Of a stretch of 64,000 nt of DNA, positions 59,089 to 64,000 are shown one piece after another. The notes beneath the pieces were generated by a model. It did no database searches, had not been told where the DNA came from, and worked only from the letters and a program-made list of their open reading frames with translations. Made by a program: the position numbers and the translations under genes. The first letter of the stretch is position 1. Every line of letters begins with the position of its first letter. The DNA comes from a virus (taxonomy: Duplodnaviria; Caudoviricetes): IMG/VR virus record IMGVR_UViG_3300044614_002073, positions 1-64,000 of that record. One strand, 5' to 3'.

Positions 59089-60645
59089 TTAGATGGGAGA
59101 AGCTGTTGGAGTAGGTGTTCGTTTAGGATACGTAATTCTTGCGTTTGTTGGTGTTGGTGTTGGCGTGGGATCGGGTTCACAGTAATTTTCATCACAAATA
59201 CTTAATGTAATATAAGCTATAGATGAAATATTAGTATTCAAATTTGTTAGTTTAACATACACAGTAGAGCGTACTTTGTGCTCTGTGGAAAAATATGTTC
59301 CAAATTTTTGTGTAAATTTACCAGTTGACAAGTATCCAACTTGTGGTTCAAAAAATTGATCATTTTGACCATCTGTATCTCTAGGAGATAGTTCTCCTTT
59401 ATCAAATAATCCAAATTCATAATAATAGTCACCATCCAGCAATAATGATGATGCTGTGACCGATAGATATCTCTTAACACATCCTTCACATTCGTCTACT
59501 TTGAGATAATTACCATCATCAAATGCAACGCTATGAATTGCGGGAGTCGGAGTGACAGTGGGGGTTGGTTGAGGCATATTAATAACTTTAGTGAGATTGA
59601 AACAATAATTATCTTCAGAAACTACTACTCCTGTAGTAGCATCTGTTAGTTTAAAGAATATATCATAATGTCCATTATAAGTAATGTTAATAATATGATT
59701 AATATATGATGAATCTGGCAAGCTGGCGACAGTTTGTTTTTTGGTTTCAATAACATACTTTTTATTTTTGATTGAATATTCTGATTTGTGTAATTTATCC
59801 AAACCAAGATATCCATTGTATACATATAGATCATCAATTGTATATTCAGAATTGACAATCCAAACTATAGAGCCCTCGCGCAATCCTCCAAACTTATTAG
59901 AAGCTACTGTTGATGATGATAATTGAAACTGAGATGGCCCACCAATAGTTTTTGGAGGAGAAGCAAAGTCAGACTTAATAAGATTGATTTTTGCAGCAAC
60001 ATCTACGTATTCTGGATCTGGGCAGCCTATTATATCAAGCTCCAAGATATAATCTTTAGGGTCTGACGATGCTCCAAGTCTTGAAGTCAAGACCACAGGT
60101 TGATATGTTTTAGAATTTAGATTTAAAGAATATGCTGGTTCATTATGATCCGCATCTTCTACTGTCAATCCAAGATTAATAAAATTATGTTTAGTAATAT
60201 TGCGGTCTACAACAATAGACGGTAACACATCATCATTGTATGTATACCAGACTAATGGTAATTGTGCTTGTGTTTTACAAACAATTATAACTCCTTGTCC
60301 CGGCATGATGCTATGTAGTTGATTTAATGAATTACCTGGCCCAAAAAAGCCTCGATATGATACTTCTCCATCTTTATCATCTATGGCATAAATCTTATCT
60401 ACTGCATTTAAAAAGGCTGATTGATATCTAACTAAATTAGTTCCATTAAATAAATATAAGCCGTTTTCTTTCACATCGGTTTGATTGTTTAAAAGAACCA
60501 AATCATTCGTTACAAAAGTAGCAAAATTACCAGCTACTAAATCAATATTTTTATCATATGTATAATCCGCAGATAGTCTAAATGGCTCTGAACCTTTATA
60601 TTTTGTAATTAATCTTGGTTTACTAATATAGTGTGTTTGTAACAT
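59089..60645 (-). CDS. Putative virion/tail-fibre-associated protein
   Basis: VLL.NQT...ENG.Y motif typical of phage fibre proteins; TP tracts; shares modules with the 57867 gene. Confidence 0.6.
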   Translation of the reverse strand: MLQTHYISKPRLITKYKGSEPFRLSADYTYDKNIDLVAGNFATFVTNDLVLLNNQTDVKENGLYLFNGTNLVRYQSAFLNAVDKIYAIDDKDGEVSYRGFFGPGNSLNQLHSIMPGQGVIIVCKTQAQLPLVWYTYNDDVLPSIVVDRNITKHNFINLGLTVEDADHNEPAYSLNLNSKTYQPVVLTSRLGASSDPKDYILELDIIGCPDPEYVDVAAKINLIKSDFASPPKTIGGPSQFQLSSSTVASNKFGGLREGSIVWIVNSEYTIDDLYVYNGYLGLDKLHKSEYSIKNKKYVIETKKQTVASLPDSSYINHIINITYNGHYDIFFKLTDATTGVVVSEDNYCFNLTKVINMPQPTPTVTPTPAIHSVAFDDGNYLKVDECEGCVKRYLSVTASSLLLDGDYYYEFGLFDKGELSPRDTDGQNDQFFEPQVGYLSTGKFTQKFGTYFSTEHKVRSTVYVKLTNLNTNISSIAYITLSICDENYCEPDPTPTPTPTNARITYPKRTPTPTASPI

Positions 60646-60646
60646 A

Positions 60647-61297
60647 TTATGCAGCTTCTATTTTAAGGAGACCTAATGATTGATTATTGTATAATCCAGC
60701 CTTGAAGTTTCCAACTAGCGCTTTGAAGCCCGTAGAGTCTTTGAGAATAAATTCGAAATTACTGTCCATATAATCTCCTACGATAGTAACTCTTGCTATT
60801 TCTGTAAACGTTGTGTTTGGCGATGGCGCATAAGAGAATGAGAAAGAGATAGGAAATCCTTGATTTATAGTTGTCAAAGGATTAAATCTTAATTCGTTTT
60901 CTTTATTAGTTGACAAAGTAATGCCAAATAACGACGAGGAGAATATCTTGTCTGGATATGTTTCTGGTACAGAAATAACTGCCGCAAATGTAGATGGTGC
61001 TGGCTTGCCTACGCAGACCATAGTCCCAGGATAATATACAACTTGACCAGAAACTAACTTGGTATATAAATTGCCGGTCATAGCATTAAGAACCAATTCT
61101 CCAACGGCAAGATCATCTGGACATGGATGATTGAGGGTGGTTTCGTCTCTCTTTAAGATAATTCTATTGGCAAATGGGACAAATCCTTGTGCTACAGGAA
61201 CATAGTCCGGTAGCGGTGGTGCAGTAGGTGGCTGTGGTTGAGTAGGGTTGCTGTTGTCGAACTTGGGAACTATATTTGTATATTTTGTAAATGGCAT
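60647..61297 (-). CDS. Putative tail-fibre attachment-module protein
   Basis: RIILKR......P...L..GEL.LN...G.LY.K resembles a common fibre N-terminal motif. Confidence 0.6.
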   Translation of the reverse strand: MPFTKYTNIVPKFDNSNPTQPQPPTAPPLPDYVPVAQGFVPFANRIILKRDETTLNHPCPDDLAVGELVLNAMTGNLYTKLVSGQVVYYPGTMVCVGKPAPSTFAAVISVPETYPDKIFSSSLFGITLSTNKENELRFNPLTTINQGFPISFSFSYAPSPNTTFTEIARVTIVGDYMDSNFEFILKDSTGFKALVGNFKAGLYNNQSLGLLKIEAA

Positions 61298-61309
61298 AAT
61301 ATCACCTAA

Positions 61310-64000
61310 TTATTGTCCAGGGGTGGGTTGTGGTTCAACACATACGTTAGTGTTACTATTGCACGAGCCCCTAAACTGAACTACTCCTCCATCAATACTA
61401 TTAAATCTATTCAATGTGTCAACATGCATTTGTTGAGCATAAACAGTTCCATACATACTAAAGTTTGCAAAGATTGGCTGCAATTTTTCTGGATTAGAGG
61501 CGCTAATCGGTAGCTCTGGCTTATCTCTGTATTTAACCAGAGATAACGGACGAGGCATATCATTATTAAAGACTAAATGTTTAGTAACGCTATTATTATT
61601 ATTTAATGCTACTACGTCTACATAGCCAAGATTACTGCCAGAGACCAGTCCATTATCGCTGTATAACAATGATTGATTTTTAATGATAACATTATTATTT
61701 TGGTCTTTTTCTCCCAACATTAAGCCATCAGTATATGTCAAACCTCTAATCGAAAAATCTGCATAAAGCGGCACTTTATCCTCTGCCGTGACTACAACAC
61801 CGCCTCCAACAACATCAACTTTCTTAGCTAGCTGTCTCTTAATAACTCTAAACTTGAAGTTACCATTACTGATTACTCCTCCTGTGCTTCTTATTATGTT
61901 CCCAATTTTATCTTCAATCATACCAAGGTTAATAGCTTTGAAAGAAATTGTGATTACTTTATCGTCTATAGTCTGCACACTAGCTTTGATATCCTGATTA
62001 TTATCATAAATAATCTCTATCACATCGCCAGTAACTACGTCTATATTGTCTTCGGCAACAGTTAATGTGTTGTCTTCTTCATCATATGAACCGTCTAGAT
62101 ATTGCCCATTAACATTATAGTTATAGTATAAAGAACTATTAATATTTTTTTCTAAAGACGGGCCTATATTATTAATACTTCTGGTTTCATATCCATATAT
62201 GAAAGGCTTGTTGCTGTTAATCTGTATACTATTAGTTGTTGTATCTGCGTATAATAAAGTTGGCACCGCAGTACCTGACTTGGCTCCGTTAATAGCAAAA
62301 TTAGTAAATTTACCATTTGCATTAAATGTTGTATCAATAAATTCTCTATTGCTAATAACAATATCAGGATTTGTACCGGGGAAGTTAAATGTCAAATATC
62401 CACCGATACTCTGAGAAATTATGGCAACATTACGTAATTCATTGCTAGAGTCTAATAGATATGATGCTTCAGAGACATTCGTTAATAGTTTATCTAAAAC
62501 GACACTAGTTCTCGAATATCTACCATTGATTGGTTCAGTCAATGCAACAGTATAAAGCCCTATGACTCTTGCTCTTTCTATGGTAGACGTGCGGACAATT
62601 TGATTCTGAACTGTTGTATCATACTTATAGTAAATACGAACTATATCATTGATATTGAATCTGCGAGTAGCGTCACCATCAATGACTACTTCTGTCGTTC
62701 CAGACTCTGGATTAACATCTACAATTCCCGCAAGGGCATTAGTATATCCATAATAGAATAGGTTCTCTGTACCATCAATATTCATTTCGTTAGGATTGGT
62801 TGGCAGAGATGACTCATTGAAATCATTACTGAAATTGTCTGTTCTATTAGGCAAAGGATTCTTTGCGAATAATAAGCTATTACGAGTTACTCCACGTAAT
62901 CTTAGTACCGGATTGGCTATGGTAGTTTCATTAGAAACATTAACCGTGTCTCTGTATAGTCTAGCGCTATCTGACTCTAGTCCTTCTAGTCCTAGATTCC
63001 CAACAGAACTAATTGGGTCGAGCACCCCCTCCGTTAGAACAACAGTAGAATCAGATGTTGACTGGGATGATAATGTATCATTTGTTGTTACTGTACCACC
63101 TAATGGTGTCCATGTGGCAAAACCGTATGCATCGGACATCAATACCATGCCTGATGTAGTTTCATATATTGGTTTGCCTTGACTATCTACAGCTTCTACT
63201 AATTTCCCTTCATTGTTGGTAGTGTAAGCTCTGCGGAAACCTTGACCTATTCTAATACCGCTGGCTCCTATCCATCCTCTTACGGTCAAATCAGCAAAAT
63301 TTATACCGCTTTGTATTGGATCGCAAGGTTCACAATCAGCAGCTATTTTTGTTGGAATCCAAGCCGGTCTATCTGTATGAATCATAAACGATCCATTAGA
63401 TGCATTAAAATAGAATGCTGGAACAGTTGTTAAGAACGGGAAGTTGGAGTCTTCTCTACCTAGTCCTGTTTTCTTCCACGAAACATACTGAGAAACATCG
63501 CCAAACAAGAACTTAGAAACTTTATCTTGTGGATACTTGGATCCTGTACCATAAATAACAAAATCTACTTCTTCTCTGTTCAAATTAAAGGCTGTCGGAA
63601 CAGTTCTTTGAATAGTAGAATATCTGAAATCAATTGGCTTGGAACCTTGTCCTCCTGTAGTATCAGAAGGATCATAATACCACCAGCTTTGATATGTCCT
63701 ACTGATACTGACTCCGGGAACAGGAGCTGCCGTACCTCCTGACATCGGCCTTATGACATCATATTGAGCACCAACTAATTCTTCGTCATATGGAGCCATA
63801 TATGGAGAAACTAGCTCATCATAATTATACTTATACTTTGGTCTCAAATAACTATTTTGACCAGCAAGATCCTTTTTAGGAATTGTAGATAATACGATTT
63901 GAGGGGCAGATACTCCACCAGGAAATAGTTTATTATCGACATCAACATCCTCGCCCCTATCTAGTTGTACGGGTTGTGATAGTTCTGCTTTTCTTCTGCC
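61310..64000 (-). CDS. Large putative tail-fibre protein (5'-partial)
   Basis: Frame stays open to base 64000 (GRRKAELSQPVQ...). Repeats T.FN......F.I.G and A.(F/L)...G; G.VL.SDA.G.ATW fibre motif. Confidence 0.6.
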   Translation of the reverse strand, partial: GRRKAELSQPVQLDRGEDVDVDNKLFPGGVSAPQIVLSTIPKKDLAGQNSYLRPKYKYNYDELVSPYMAPYDEELVGAQYDVIRPMSGGTAAPVPGVSISRTYQSWWYYDPSDTTGGQGSKPIDFRYSTIQRTVPTAFNLNREEVDFVIYGTGSKYPQDKVSKFLFGDVSQYVSWKKTGLGREDSNFPFLTTVPAFYFNASNGSFMIHTDRPAWIPTKIAADCEPCDPIQSGINFADLTVRGWIGASGIRIGQGFRRAYTTNNEGKLVEAVDSQGKPIYETTSGMVLMSDAYGFATWTPLGGTVTTNDTLSSQSTSDSTVVLTEGVLDPISSVGNLGLEGLESDSARLYRDTVNVSNETTIANPVLRLRGVTRNSLLFAKNPLPNRTDNFSNDFNESSLPTNPNEMNIDGTENLFYYGYTNALAGIVDVNPESGTTEVVIDGDATRRFNINDIVRIYYKYDTTVQNQIVRTSTIERARVIGLYTVALTEPINGRYSRTSVVLDKLLTNVSEASYLLDSSNELRNVAIISQSIGGYLTFNFPGTNPDIVISNREFIDTTFNANGKFTNFAINGAKSGTAVPTLLYADTTTNSIQINSNKPFIYGYETRSINNIGPSLEKNINSSLYYNYNVNGQYLDGSYDEEDNTLTVAEDNIDVVTGDVIEIIYDNNQDIKASVQTIDDKVITISFKAINLGMIEDKIGNIIRSTGGVISNGNFKFRVIKRQLAKKVDVVGGGVVVTAEDKVPLYADFSIRGLTYTDGLMLGEKDQNNNVIIKNQSLLYSDNGLVSGSNLGYVDVVALNNNNSVTKHLVFNNDMPRPLSLVKYRDKPELPISASNPEKLQPIFANFSMYGTVYAQQMHVDTLNRFNSIDGGVVQFRGSCNSNTNVCVEPQPTPGQ

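Noticed and set aside
1-64000. Stop-codon reassignment (TAG/TGA recoding as in some large phages)
   Set aside because: Genes are full length in code 11 with dense packing, and TAA, TGA and TAG (e.g. 23993, 25798) all end genes next to downstream starts.

Overview
This AT-rich window looks like part of a large tailed dsDNA phage genome (Caudoviricetes-type) using the standard genetic code, with two convergent modules that meet at 30270-30273. The + strand (1-30273) carries nucleotide metabolism genes (dCMP deaminase, class II B12-dependent RNR, PhoH, dNMP kinase) and a bacterial-style replisome (RecA/UvsX, DnaB, DnaG, PD-(D/E)XK exonuclease, DnaE, DnaQ-like exonuclease, SSB). It also carries a ~9 kb glycosyltransferase-rich cluster. 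The - strand (30270-64000) encodes very large mosaic proteins, probably virion tail/fibre/decoration proteins, with RCC1 repeats, Ig-like domains, a P-domain-like segment, an FGE-sulfatase-like fragment and long Thr/Pro- or Ser/Gly-rich linkers. The most notable points are: (1) an intein-less split DnaE broken at the palm/fingers junction, with three genes between the halves; (2) a glycosylation cluster alongside mucin-like Thr/Pro-rich virion proteins, suggesting phage-directed virion glycosylation; (3) a probable AUU start codon, a probable leaderless mRNA, recurring promoter-like motifs, and several internal domain duplications. I recognised no tRNA, rRNA, CRISPR array, reverse transcriptase, terminase, portal or major capsid gene. 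All protein calls come from motif recognition by eye, with no database searches.
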